Assembly (NCBI GenBank): GCA_951406725.2
Contig: OX597826.1
Coordinates: forward strand, 38,192,001 to 38,256,000
Length of the DNA stretch: 64,000 nucleotides
Reading direction: 5' to 3'
Source: Octopus vulgaris
Lineage: Eukaryota
Position 1 is the first letter of the stretch; each line of letters begins with the position of its first letter. Shown one piece after another: positions 43,685 to 55,690 of this stretch. Made by a program: the position numbers and the translations under genes. Below the pieces are notes generated by a model. The model was not told the DNA's origin. It was given only the letters and a program-made list of their open reading frames with translations, and did no database searches.

Positions 43685-44559
43685 TGAAACCATGGCGACT
43701 GAAGAAGGGGAATTTTCCTTGTGTTATTTGTCCTGTACTCTATCTTTCCGTTATTTAAGAAAAATATCCAGTTCCTTGATTTTGTGTTTGTGTTTTCGTT
43801 TCTCATTGTGTTCGACGTTTTTTTGGTGTCCTGTACCTATATGCATGTATATATACATGTAGAGGTTGATACGTATATATATGTATGTATATATGCATAT
43901 GTTTTATTTATTAATTTATATATATATGAGTGCATATGTCTCTGTAAAGCAATAAAACAGTTCAATTGATATCAAGTGCCCCCTTAGAATATATCCTGCT
44001 TCACTTTCTCTTTTCCTCTGTTTCTCACGTAAAAGGATGACTACTTTCTCAACGACTTCCCCTCTCTCCCCATCTCTCTCTCCCTCTCCCCTCTCTCTCT
44101 CTCTCTTTCCCATTGCTTTATCTTCATCCTCACTCTTTAATATGTCATACGTATTATCTCGTCGTGAAAATGAGCAGACAGACAGACAGATGTACCACAT
44201 CAGGTAGCAGCAAAGTGTTGATATATTGTGCAAGTTTCTCATCAGTTTTTTCCAGCTGACAGTGGTGGTGGTGCTGGTGGTGGTGGTGCTGCTGCTGCTG
44301 CTGTTGCTGCTGGCGGTACGGGTGGCGCTGGTTGTAGCGTGGGGGGTGTGGGTAAGAATTACACTGTGGTTCTGTCATTATTTCCACCCCCACTCCATCT
44401 ACCCTTAAATATCATGGTTCAACCAACATTAATTCTAGACCAAACATTTAAAAAAAAAATCAACTGAACTCCCATTTTTACTTTCTGTTCTTCACTTTCA
44501 CTCTACTCCTTACCCCACCCATAACACCCAACATACCCAATAAATCAACGAGGGACTGT

Positions 44560-44925
44560 CTACACGCTTTCGATCTTTCCAACCGGTAGAAATAGCAGCT
44601 AAACCACCCTCGATTTCCAACCGACCGTCATTTTATAGAACACATTAGATAACGGAACCCTAAATACATGAGGGATGGTTACGGCTGGAGTGTCTTTGAA
44701 TGGGGATTTAATTCAGCTGGAGATCATCAGAGGTTAATTAACAATATTCAACATAACCCACGCCCACTTTGAGTTAATGAAGGAGTATCCCTTGACCTGT
44801 TGGAAAAAGCAGCTGTCGTATTCAATAATAATGTTCAAAGACGGGATGGTCATAACTGGAATACTTTTGATCATTGGCCTGTTTGATCACTGCTGACCCA
44901 AGGTTAAACAACAACAACAACAAAT
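44560..44925 (+). mobile_element. Two tandem decayed copies of a dispersed repeat ending GGCTGGAA..TTTGATC..GGTTAAACAACAAC
   Basis: The same motif series occurs at 24630-24820, 31060-31215, 47810-47990, 52700-52875, 58570-58720 and 9000-9070(-). Confidence 0.6.
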
Positions 44926-45253
44926 ACAAAATGCTATGCCATGGGGCTCGAAGGAGTCGTAGGAACATCATCCTAGCATACGGCTTGTCTTGGGCACTTT
45001 TAGCCCCGACAGAGTTAATCCTTCTCCAAGTTTGAACCCAGGAAAGGGACAGACAAAAAGAAAGACAAGAAAGACCTCAGTATGTGACTGGTACTTTATC
45101 TATCGACCCCCCCCCCCAAAAAAAAAAGAAAATGAAAGGTCAAGCTGACCTCGGTGGTATTAGAACTCAGGTTGAAGAGAGTCGGAACGATTAACAGAAA
45201 ACAATTTATCTGACGCTCTAACGACTCTGTCAATTGGTCGCCTACAACAACAA

Positions 45254-45570
45254 GGGTATATGGCGTAGTGGTTAAGAGCGCGGCCTACCAACCCCAAGAT
45301 TCCGAGTTCGATTCCAAGCAGTGACCTGAATAATATTAATAATAATAATAATAATAATAATAGTATTATAATAATAATAATAATAATAACAACAACAACA
45401 TCGAAAAATACCTTAGGAATGAGAATCCAGGTTCGAAATTTCCCCAAGGCACCTGATGAAGGCTGGAAGGTATATCAGCTGAAACGTTGTGTTAACAACA
45501 AACAAGAGAGAACAAATATCCGTCAAATGTATATAATGTAAAAAATTCCTCATCTTTTAAATATAGAACT
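45254..45570 (+). mobile_element. tRNA-headed SINE-like element with (AAT)n linker and HHR-containing 3' module
   Basis: A box TGGCGTAGTGG (45261-45271), B box GAGTTCGATTC (45304-45314), HHR at 45448-45493. The 3' module recurs, rearranged, at 12560-12675. Confidence 0.7.
45448..45493 (+). ncRNA. Minimal type I hammerhead motif
   Basis: ggcac CTGATGA a GGCTG-gaaggtatat-CAGCT GAAA cg TT gtgtt. Confidence 0.7.
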
Positions 45571-46364
45571 TAACGCATCCGATTACCAAAATACAAAAGT
45601 GATTCCTAAGATTATCGATTTTGTTGTGTCGGTTGATTGTTTTCATTGGCTCATTACAACCCCACTAGGATGTCCATTGGTAGGAGAATTCACAGTTACA
45701 AGGAAAAAGAAAAATTAATTACACGGAAAATGGAACAAATGGAAATTCATTTACATACGCAGATACACATGTCTACTGAATATTATAGATTTTAACTTTG
45801 GCACAAAACCAGAAATTTTATGCAGAGAGTGTATTGAATTACATCAACCTCAATGTATGACTGGTACTTTATTTTTATCGACTGTCGATAAAGAAGAACT
45901 AAGGTTTTCCTCGGTGGATATCTAACCCAGAACATAAGCATCCGCATCAAAATCCCACAAGATATTTCGTGCGACGCTGCAAAGATTCTGGGACTTCCTA
46001 AATCGATGACTGCTGTTGTTGGTGGTGTAAAATATCGATCACATGACCAGATGGGTTTCAGGTGGTGACCGGTGAGGCTATGGTCACCTGGCTGACCATT
46101 GGAACCGAAGCCAAATACAGGGGATTTTGTCAGAAGTATTTGGAATGAATCCTTCAAGGAAAAGCAGAATCGACCCCAGAACAGGACTTGACTTATCGAC
46201 CCCGAAAGAATGAAAGCTACAGATGCTTCGTTGCTTTTGATAATTGATCAAGATATTTAGTGGAAACGTCTTGAGGGTCGATACAATACCAATAAAAATA
46301 GATTAATAGTTAAGAAAAGATATATAGTCAAGTTATCTCACTCATATCTTGATTGTGTGTGTGT

Positions 46365-46412
<48 letters not shown>

Positions 46413-46443
46413 ACTGAAGTGTACAATATTATAATATCTATTA

Positions 46444-46537
46444 CGGCCGATCTTACCAATCAGTTTCGCACTAGGGGTTTAATGGAATGTTAGATAACAG
46501 CCCGATTATGTAACCCAGCGCTCTTCGGAGATGGCAG
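46444..46537 (-). ncRNA. Type I hammerhead motif with extended stem II (left arm)
   Basis: gccatct CCGAAGA GCGCTGGG..CCTAGTGC GAAA CTGATTGG TA agat(c)ggc. Stem I has 7 bp with a bulge, stem II has 8 bp including G-U pairs. Confidence 0.7.
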
Positions 46538-46581
46538 TTAGGGAGTCCATAATTGAGAAACCATATCTGAGATTCCATAAC

Positions 46582-46665
46582 TGCCATCTCTGAAGAGTAT
46601 AGGGTTACATAATCTAACACTCCTAGTTCAAACTCGTAGTGCGAAACCGATTGTTATCATCAGCT
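46582..46665 (+). ncRNA. Type I hammerhead motif with extended stem II (right arm, more decayed)
   Basis: gccatct CTGAAGA GTATAGGG..CGTAGTGC GAAA CCGATTGT TA. Confidence 0.55.
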
Positions 46666-46750
46666 GTAATGGATATATATAATATTGTATACTTCGAGTA
46701 ACATACCTACACTATTGAGTGCATACTTTTTTCTGACTAAGGGATCCTTA

Positions 46751-46945
<195 letters not shown>

Positions 46946-47299
46946 TGTGAAATAGAAAGATGAATAATCTTGTAGTAGATTAATCAAAAGTTTAACCGAT
47001 ACCTTAGTAGCAAAAATCACAGCAGTAAAACAGCACGGTTGGAGGTACAACCATATGGTGTTGCAACCGTGCGTTGGTGCGGATAATTGAGGCTCCTCCT
47101 TCTTCTTCTTCTTCTTCTTCTTCTTCTTCTTCTTCTTCATCATCATCGTTATCATCATCATCGTCGTCATAATCATCACCACCATCACCATCATCGTCAT
47201 CTTCTCCTTCTCCTCCTTCTTCTTCTTCTTCTTCTCCACCCCCTACCCCTTAAGTTTGTCACTAATGTTTTTTAGTATAACACCTACGCTAATTCTATA

Positions 47300-47675
47300 A
47301 ACAAGCCTGTCAATATAAATATTCTCCTGAATTGAACTGAGACTGCCAGCCGCCACTGACCATTCAAAATACGACCATCAGGGCACTCCCAGATTCTCCC
47401 ACCCCCCTTTCCTCACCAGCCTTCCCTCTACTACCCTACCAAGAACTCACAACTACCTCGAACACACAAGTGCAAACAAGGGAGTCAGAGAAAGGCAGAA
47501 TGCCACTTAAATCTGAACACTACTATAGAAATATTCTTTTAAAAAAACTTTTCTTCTAATTTTTCTAAATTTAATTATTTAATCGTTACAGTTGAAAAGG
47601 TCTCAAAATGACCGAAACCGGTACTGAAATGTTCACTATAAAATTATTTTAGCATTTTCTATTTTTTACTTGTTT

Positions 47676-47680
<5 letters not shown>
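47300..47680 (+). mobile_element. PLE 3' fragment with a U3:A8 hammerhead at 47586-47629
   Basis: A YKYSPELN* terminus resembles PLE IxxxKPxLN ends. ttacag TTGAAAA GGTC-tcaaaat-GACC GAAA CCGG TA ctgaaa. Ends in (TA)n. Confidence 0.6.
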
Positions 47681-47717
<37 letters not shown>

Positions 47718-48491
47718 TATGAACCGTGTACCTATGTACCGTGTGCTCTACATATTCTGTTATTCTTAATCTTCAAAACTAAAAATTTCACAACAGACTA
47801 ATAACGTGGTATTTGACCTACTAGAAAAAGCAGCCAAAATTTCCTACAAATCTCAAAACAAAAGGGTGCGTTTGATAATATAATCCTAGGTAGAGTGTGA
47901 ACAACAACAACAAAAAAACATGGAATGGATATGCTTGGATCGCCTCTGGCCATAAGTCTGCTAGATCAGGGCTGACGTGAAAAGAAAACAAAAGCAACAA
48001 ATAATAATGGCAACAAAATTTACATTAAGGATTCTTTGTTTTGGGACAAAGAAAAATGTAAGGGAGTGGTAACGTAACAGCCCGGTTCAAATCCCGATAG
48101 AATCAATAGAATAAACAGAAATATCTGAAATGTGCTGATATAATAGGCGGGGTTCGTTATAAGATGGGTGTCCCTGAAACTATTGATGTGACACATGTGA
48201 CGATAGAGGGCATCACGTGTGTGGTTTACGACATCGACACAACATGTTGCACAGATATATTGATAGAACACACGCACACACACGCACACACACACATATA
48301 TATATATATATAACTAATGAGGAGTTGGTGACTTTCTGTGTTTGTTCAACGTTCGTCTGTGCATTTAGTATATCTTTCAACTTGACCTTCAGTGTCTGTT
48401 TTCCGTTTGTTTATTTATTAGCATACGTGTTTTGACTTCGAAAAAAAATATATATATATACACACACACACGCAAACACACACACACACAC

Positions 48492-48729
<238 letters not shown>

Positions 48730-48765
48730 ACGGAGTTAAACGCAGGTGTTATTCAAATCTTTATA

Positions 48766-48832
48766 CTTCCGACATATGTTTCGAAGAGGGAATAAAATGA
48801 TGTAAAACAATGCGCTCTTCTCATCAGGGAAA
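48766..48832 (-). ncRNA. Canonical type I hammerhead ribozyme (PLE-type, palindromic stem III)
   Basis: tttcc CTGATGA GAAGAG-[26 nt]-CTCTTC GAAA CATATG TC ggaag. Fully canonical core with a GUC cleavage triplet at 48773-48771. Confidence 0.85.
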
Positions 48833-50040
48833 AAAAGAGAAACAAAACACATCAATAAGCCATTTTAACCGAATGTGATTACTGCATATATGATGAAGGG
48901 AGCGCTGGTAAGTTATATATATATGGCAAATGAAAGACGGAAGATGGAATATACGCGAATTTATTAATCACAATTCTTTCGACACATTTAGCATACATAC
49001 ATACATACATACATACATACATACATACATACATACATACATACATACATACATACATACATACATACATACATACATACATTTTGTGTCCTTTACAAAA
49101 TAATGACCAGAACTAATACGAAATATCTGAATCACGAAGGTAATACTCTACGATAAAATTCAATTCTGAAAGTCATTCTTAAAGCACCAGTATGGCATCA
49201 GAGACTGTAACTCGGAGTTGGTATTTATAATTACTAATCTACTCTATTACCCACCATGTTGAGAATTAAACTATAAAGAAAGAGATGAGATTAGCATTGT
49301 AAGTAAATATATAAAACGAAGGATTTGAACATATTTTCAAAGATGTCTTCCAAAGTTTGCCTTTACTTGACTTGATTGTCGTTTACGTTACCCTCCAGAA
49401 AATTTACATTTATTTATAAAGCCAACAAATGTTTCAGGTCGCCGCATGGCATAATTTTCATGGTTCAGAGGAAAGCAGAACAAAGAAGTTCCAAATCCTA
49501 CCCCGAAACTTGACATCACATTCCATTTAGTTTCACACTTTATAACCGAATTTCAAAGCGTTACTCAAAATTTTGTGACGTAATCACAGTGACAAATAAC
49601 TGACTCGGGACTTTTCACATTCCAAATCGACATTTTATCCACTGAACTTCCATAAATCTCTCTTTATTTTCAACCACATCAACAACAACAACAAACATTT
49701 TATATTTTATATCTCTTTGTTTCAGGTGTTTTTACTTCTCACAATATTTTATTTATATTATTTTTTTTTACTTGTTCCAGTCATTAGACTGCGACCATGC
49801 TGGGGCACCACCTCGAAGAATTTTAGTTGAACAAATCGACCCCAGGACTTATTTTCTTTTCTACTTTTTTTTTGTCGAACTGCCAAGTTGCGGGGACTTA
49901 AACACACCAACACCGGTTGTCAGTCGGTGAAGGAACACAAAAAAACACACAGACACACACACATATGTATATGACCTCGTGTGTACCGTTGGCGATTTTT
50001 TTCCTCTGTCTTCCCTTCTCGGGATCTTTCCTTCTCCTAT

Positions 50041-50075
50041 GTTTCCGACGAAGAGCTCCGCTCGAAACGTTAAAC
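50041..50075 (+). ncRNA. Minimal hammerhead motif with CCGACGA core, in a PLE pseudo-LTR fragment (about 49975-50175)
   Basis: gttt CCGACGA a GAGC-tcc-GCTC GAAA cg TT aaac. Confidence 0.65.
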
Positions 50076-50185
50076 CCTCCTTCTTCCCTTCTTTCCTGAG
50101 CGTCCAATAATACTATATTTGTTCCACGTCCTCGCGTTGTTGTGTTTTTTTGTGTTTTCTTGTTTGGATTAACTTTATATATATA

Positions 50186-50775
50186 TATATAATTATAACA
50201 ATAAGGGTTTGCAACAAGTTGCATGACCACATACCGAAAATTTTAGAAATAGCAGCCAAAGAACTACTATTTCCTTTTTCTACAAAAATATGTCTCTACA
50301 GACAACAATATTTGTAACTCACATATGGCAAAAAAAGAAGGAAAGATAATGAAATAAAACAGTCCTCGGTTAATTATGGACGTACGTTTCTGGATTAGAA
50401 TCATAAGATTCATTTCCTTTATCAACATAATATTCCGGTAAATAAATCTAGAAATGCTAGGAAAACCTACCTCTTATATTTCCGACCAAGCGTCATCGGA
50501 ACATATAAAAGCTAATCAGCATATCCACATTTATACAGACAAGTGAATTCGTATTTCCCTCCAAATTTTTTCTACCACGCGAGTCACAAATAGTACTGCC
50601 GAAAAAAGATTCGTAGTTTTGTCTGGTGGGGGGGGGATAATCATTACAGATATAGGGTGAAAGATAATTAATTTAATAAAATCAACAAATTTCACCAAGT
50701 AGTATTTCGGCATGGAAAAGGACCATATTCGGTAAAAACTTATATAATTATAACAATAAGGGTTTGCAACAAGTT
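50186..50775. mobile_element. Non-coding element bounded by 35-bp direct repeats, inserted in (TA)n (PLE-like)
   Basis: TATATAATTATAACAATAAGGGTTTGCAACAAGTT at 50186-50220 and 50741-50775. Confidence 0.6.
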
Positions 50776-51039
50776 ATATATATATATTTGTATGTATGTA
50801 TGTATGTATGTATGTATGTATATACATACACACACGACAGGCTCCTTCCAACTCTCCATCTTTCAAATCCACTCACAAGGTTTTGATCGGCCAGAGGCTA
50901 TAGTAAGAGACATCTGCCGAAAGTGCCGCACAGTGGGACTGAACCTAGAACCATGTGGTTGGGAAGCAAACCACGCCTGTGTTTTTAAAACTAAAGACTG
51001 ATTTTAAAACATGGAGTCTAAATATATCTCTTAGTTTAA

Positions 51040-51260
51040 CCCTTTAGCATTTAAACCAGCCATATCCGGCCAAAAGTATTCTGCCTGTTTTATGTTCAAA
51101 CTGGCTATATCTGGTCTCTCACACCAACCCTACAATATCGTTTTAAAAATTAATAGCTACCTCATCAAAATCTCATAACTACAAGATAATGCATGATTAA
51201 TTCAAAACAATTTGGATAAAAAGGGATTAATTTTGGCAGAATAATGTGAAAACTAAAAGG
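51040..51260. mobile_element. piggyBac-type MITE
   Basis: TTAA-CCCTTTAG ... CTAAAAGG-TTAA termini with TTAA TSD. Confidence 0.75.
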
Positions 51261-51760
51261 TTAAAAAGAAAATACGAATAAACGCCATGACCAGGAATGT
51301 AGCAGAAAGGAATCCTAAGACACGTTCGGTTCTGTAACTTCTTGTTATTGTTGTACTTCTTACTTTAATTTTGCAGAAATTCAGAGATAAAAGTCAAAGA
51401 TTGTCTCGCAGAGGCGATCACGTGACCAGTCTCTTTAACAGAATATGTTAATGAATATTTAAAGATCAAAAGACAATTTTGAATCGGGATAGGTTATTCT
51501 TCAGTGGAACATCTCTTCTATTTATGGATATTAGAGAAACAAAAAAATCAGTATAAAGATACGTGTGTGTATGTGTGTGTGCGTGCGTGTGTGTGTGTGT
51601 GTGTGTGTATTTGTTTGTGTGTGTATACATATATATATAGAGAGAAAATAGTAAAAAGTGAAAAAACTACAGAAGGCTTAAAGGTTAAAAAATATATATT
51701 TGCGTCAATATGTCTGAAGAATATTAAAAAAATTTTTTCCCTTACAATGGCATAGTTTAG

Positions 51761-51799
51761 AAGAAAGACCGGTTTCGCGTTTAGCTTTTCAAATTTCTT
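51761..51799 (-). ncRNA. Minimal hammerhead motif with U3:A8 core
   Basis: aagaaa t TTGAAAA GC-taaac-GC GAAA CCGG TC tttctt. 6-bp stem I, within a TA-flanked PLE-like fragment (about 51640-51835). Confidence 0.6.
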
Positions 51800-51832
51800 A
51801 CGACATTATGTTTATGTTGAATAGAGTTATCG

Positions 51833-51907
<75 letters not shown>

Positions 51908-52979
51908 CAAAATAGCTACTTGTAAAATCTCAAGAAATCAAGGTAGTAGCTATACTAACAAGTAAAGTCAATCACCACATCAAAGTGGCTGTTCCATGTG
52001 TGTGTGTGTGTATATTAAGATATATGCATGTATATTTACCTACCTTGGAACATGCTTACACAACAGAAGCCATTGACCAGCAATAGAAACCACCACAATT
52101 TTTCTGGCGCCCGATTAACGTTTCCAACGTGGAATAAACAGAGGTTGTTTATTTGTTGGCCTTTTTCTCTTTTTACTACACGAACAGATTGTTGGAGAAT
52201 CTATTTGTTTCATGGTTTTGCTGCTTGCTTAGTGACTATTTCTGCCCAACTACATACACTAAACAAATATGTACTATTTTACATGAAGCACTGTTGTTGG
52301 GCAGAACTGTAAAGCGTACTAACGATGGACTTAAAGTAGATACTTAACGTTTTGGTAAGATTTTTTTTTTTAATATCTACTCTACATCTGGGTAAAGTTT
52401 GAAAAATATGTTAAAGACATTGTATCAAGCCTCAATGACTCAAAGGGTCAACATTTTTCTCATGGTACTAGAATAAATAGTTTTACTTGATGGCCTGTTG
52501 GTAAGTTAGTAACAAAGCGTATATAATTAAGTGGTGCTAATTGACGGAGACCAGAGAAGACAAAAGCGAGATAAGTAAACCGTTTTCTCATCTAATAAAA
52601 ACAAAACAACAAATCAGACATTTAAAGTGACAATAGAAAGAAATGCTCGACACCCTCTTCAAAAACTATTACGAACTGACAAGAGGGTCATTTACACGGT
52701 CACACGACCTGCTAGAAATAACAGCAATTATCTCTCATAGCTCACTGTCCAGGCATCAATTAAGACTACATGAGATTATGTAGATCTAATTAAACTAAGG
52801 AAAATGCGGGAAAGTCATGAGAGGAGTGTCTTTGGTTAAAGATTTATAAGACTTGACTTGACCTGACGTGGAACAACAAGAAGAAAAATGCATTAATAAA
52901 ATATTCGTAAAACTAAGAATAGTTGTACAATGTACAAATGTACTATAATAAAAAATAATACATATTTGTATAATTTTAT

Positions 52980-53116
52980 TGCTTCCCAACCACATGGTGC
53001 TGGGTTCAGTCCCACTGCGTGGCACCATGAGCAAGTGTCTCCTGCTGTAGCCTCGGACCGACCAAAGTCTTGCGAGTGGATTTCATTGACGGAAACTGAA
53101 GGAAGCACGACGTATT

Positions 53117-53151
<35 letters not shown>

Positions 53152-53390
53152 CTATGTGTGTGTGTGTGTATGTGTGTGTGCCTTTGTGTTTGTGATTATC
53201 CTCTCTCGCTGTGTGATGACTGGTGTTGGTTTGTTTACGTCCCCGTAACTTAACTGTTTGACAAAAGAGAACAATAGAATAATTACCGAACTTTAAAAAA
53301 ATGTACTGGGGTCAGTTTGTACAGCTAAACACTTCTTGGGAGTGTACCCCAGCATGGCCACTGTCCAGTGACTGCAACAAGTAAGAGATA
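52980..53390 (+). mobile_element. SINE family A copy
   Basis: Similarity to 9235-9733. Confidence 0.8.
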
Positions 53391-53430
53391 GCTCATAACG
53401 TTCGACAAAAATTGTCTGTAGGATGCAATA

Positions 53431-54165
53431 CAGTAATCCCTCGCCATATCGCGGTTCACCTATCGCGGTCCACGTATCGCGGTTTCACCTATCGCAGTTT
53501 ATTATTTAAGCTTTAGTCGATTCCTCTGTGGCGTTGTTTTGCATTTATAATAAAATAAATACAGTGATACTTCGCAGTACGAGTTTCATTCGTTCCAAGA
53601 CCGAGCTCGTCTTACGATTTACTCGTTTTACAGATCAATTTTCCACATTGAAATTAACTAAAATATAATCAATCTGTTCCAATCCCCCAAAAACCACTCA
53701 AGAATAATTTTTTATGGGTTTTAAAACAGAAATGGTGTAGTTACGAGTAAAATGACAATTATAAAAAAGAGAATGGAAAAGAAATATGTAAACTGGTTTT
53801 ATTAACTGAATTACCTTAAATATGGGTCTTGTGTTCTCGTACATTTAATGTATTTATGTTTAATAATGCCTGTACAATAATGTGTATAATTAAAAACAAT
53901 GTTTACAATTTAGATTAATGTCTGAGAGGTTGTATAATAGTGTGTATAATTATGTACGATACCAGTCACCTACTGGGACTAACATAATATGGAAAAGAAA
54001 AAACGTAGTCTTGTACCAATGTCTGTAAACATATTGTCTCCTCGCCGAAGATTTGGTCTTTGCATTCACTTATGTCAAAAACAAGAGCTCATTTGCCAGG
54101 AACTTCGCAAGAGTAAATTAAAAGACCCAGTTTTCGGCAACACTTCTGTTTTAGTAATAATAATG
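53431..54165 (+). mobile_element. Two adjacent or nested Tigger/pogo-like transposon left ends
   Basis: TA-CAGTAATCCCTCG with subterminal TATCGCGG repeats at 53431, and TA-CAGTGATACTTCG..TACGAG at 53562. Right boundary uncertain. Confidence 0.55.
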
Positions 54166-54672
54166 AAAAAGTTTGATATAATTAAATACTGAGTAATTAA
54201 GATGAATTACATTTATTTCACAACTACCCTTACTTCGTCTGCATCCACCACAATCCTGTCTACTTCTACTACTACTACGACTGGCACCCTCACCGACACC
54301 AACAGCTCCACCACATGCACTAGCATCATTATCACTTTCACCACCACCACCACTTTCACATAGAATACTTCTATTACCAACGACACCGCCACTTTCTACT
54401 GCCACAATGACAACCACCCTTACCCCAACTACTAAAAACCATCACCACAACTACCACTACCACTGCCACCACCCCACCGCCACTATCACCACTATTACAA
54501 ACTCTACTAAAACCATCCCCACCACCACCACCATTCACCCTTCTTAATCAATAACTAATAAAGGTTTACAAGACTCGCCCTTTAGGTATTGTTCTCGTCA
54601 TTAATCAATAGATTCTTCGTTTTGGAAACATTGGTTTTCTAGTCTAGCAGACATTTACTCATTGGTCAACAA

Positions 54673-54716
<44 letters not shown>

Positions 54717-54877
54717 ACACACACACGCACACACACACACACATACACACAAGCACACACACAGCAAATACGGTCGAGGCAACATATGTGTTCTATCGAT
54801 TCACGTGGAGTGTCACATGTCACGCATCACTTCTTCCCCAAAATACGCTTACTCCATGTAAAAACTTTCAAAATGTG

Positions 54878-54919
<42 letters not shown>

Positions 54920-55059
54920 TGTGTGTGTCTGTCTGTAATTACCTTTGTTAAAGCTGTTACAAGGAATCAAAATATATATGTATATATATATATATATATA
55001 TATTAAGGTATGTAGAAAAATACAACATGGACAAGAACGTATAACTCTTAGAAGACGAC

Positions 55060-55187
<128 letters not shown>

Positions 55188-55444
55188 CAGTTTTGTATAT
55201 ATTTTTGACTTTTTACATATATATATATATGATACAGATAGACTGATATAGATATAAATATAGATATGGATGTGTGTGTGTGTATTCAAATCTATTTAGC
55301 ACAATGAAATAGAAGCTAGACTTTACATATACAAAATAGAAACATCCGGCATTAAAACTCTCTCGCTCAAAACGTGTTTCTGATACTACTGTACCTGGTA
55401 TCAGTCAAAATATTACTCAATTCTTTTCGTCAAGGATATAATTC

Positions 55445-55475
<31 letters not shown>

Positions 55476-55476
55476 T

Positions 55477-55690
55477 TGTGGAGTCGCAATGTTCCAGTGG
55501 TTAGGGCAGCGGGCTCGCGGTCGTAGGAACGCGGTTTCGATTCCCAGACCGGGCGTTGAGAGTGTTTATTGAGCGAAAACACTTAGAGCTCCACAAGGCT
55601 CCGTTAGTGTGGTGGTGAACCCTGCTGTACTCTTTCACCACAACTTTCTGTCACTCTTTGATTTCTATCTTACTCGGGTGAACCCTCCGA
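55477..55690 (+). mobile_element. tRNA-derived SINE
   Basis: CCAGTGGTTAGGGCAGCGGGCTCGCGGTCG..GGTTTCGATTCCCAGACCGGGC head followed by a non-tRNA body. Confidence 0.7.

Larger units (their letters stand above)
46410..46702. mobile_element. Fold-back element made of two inverted HHR-bearing arms
   Basis: Arms at about 46410-46545 and 46573-46702 are diverged reverse complements. Each contains gccatct C(T/C)GAAGA, a long stem II, GAAA C(C/T)GATTG(G/T) TA. Confidence 0.75.
49768..50975 (-). mobile_element. SINE family A copy split by about 0.8 kb of PLE-derived insertions
   Basis: Tail module at 49768-49950 and head module at 50835-50975 in the same orientation. Confidence 0.7.

Noticed and set aside
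44193-44260. Possible minus-strand exon LEKTDEKLAQYINTLLLPDV
   Set aside because: Weak splice sites, embedded in triplet repeats, no recognisable homology.
45254-45326. Genuine tRNA gene (also 34580-34650 and 55477-55555)
   Set aside because: Acceptor and other stems are imperfect, there is no oligo-T terminator, and each runs into a repeat body, so these are SINE heads.
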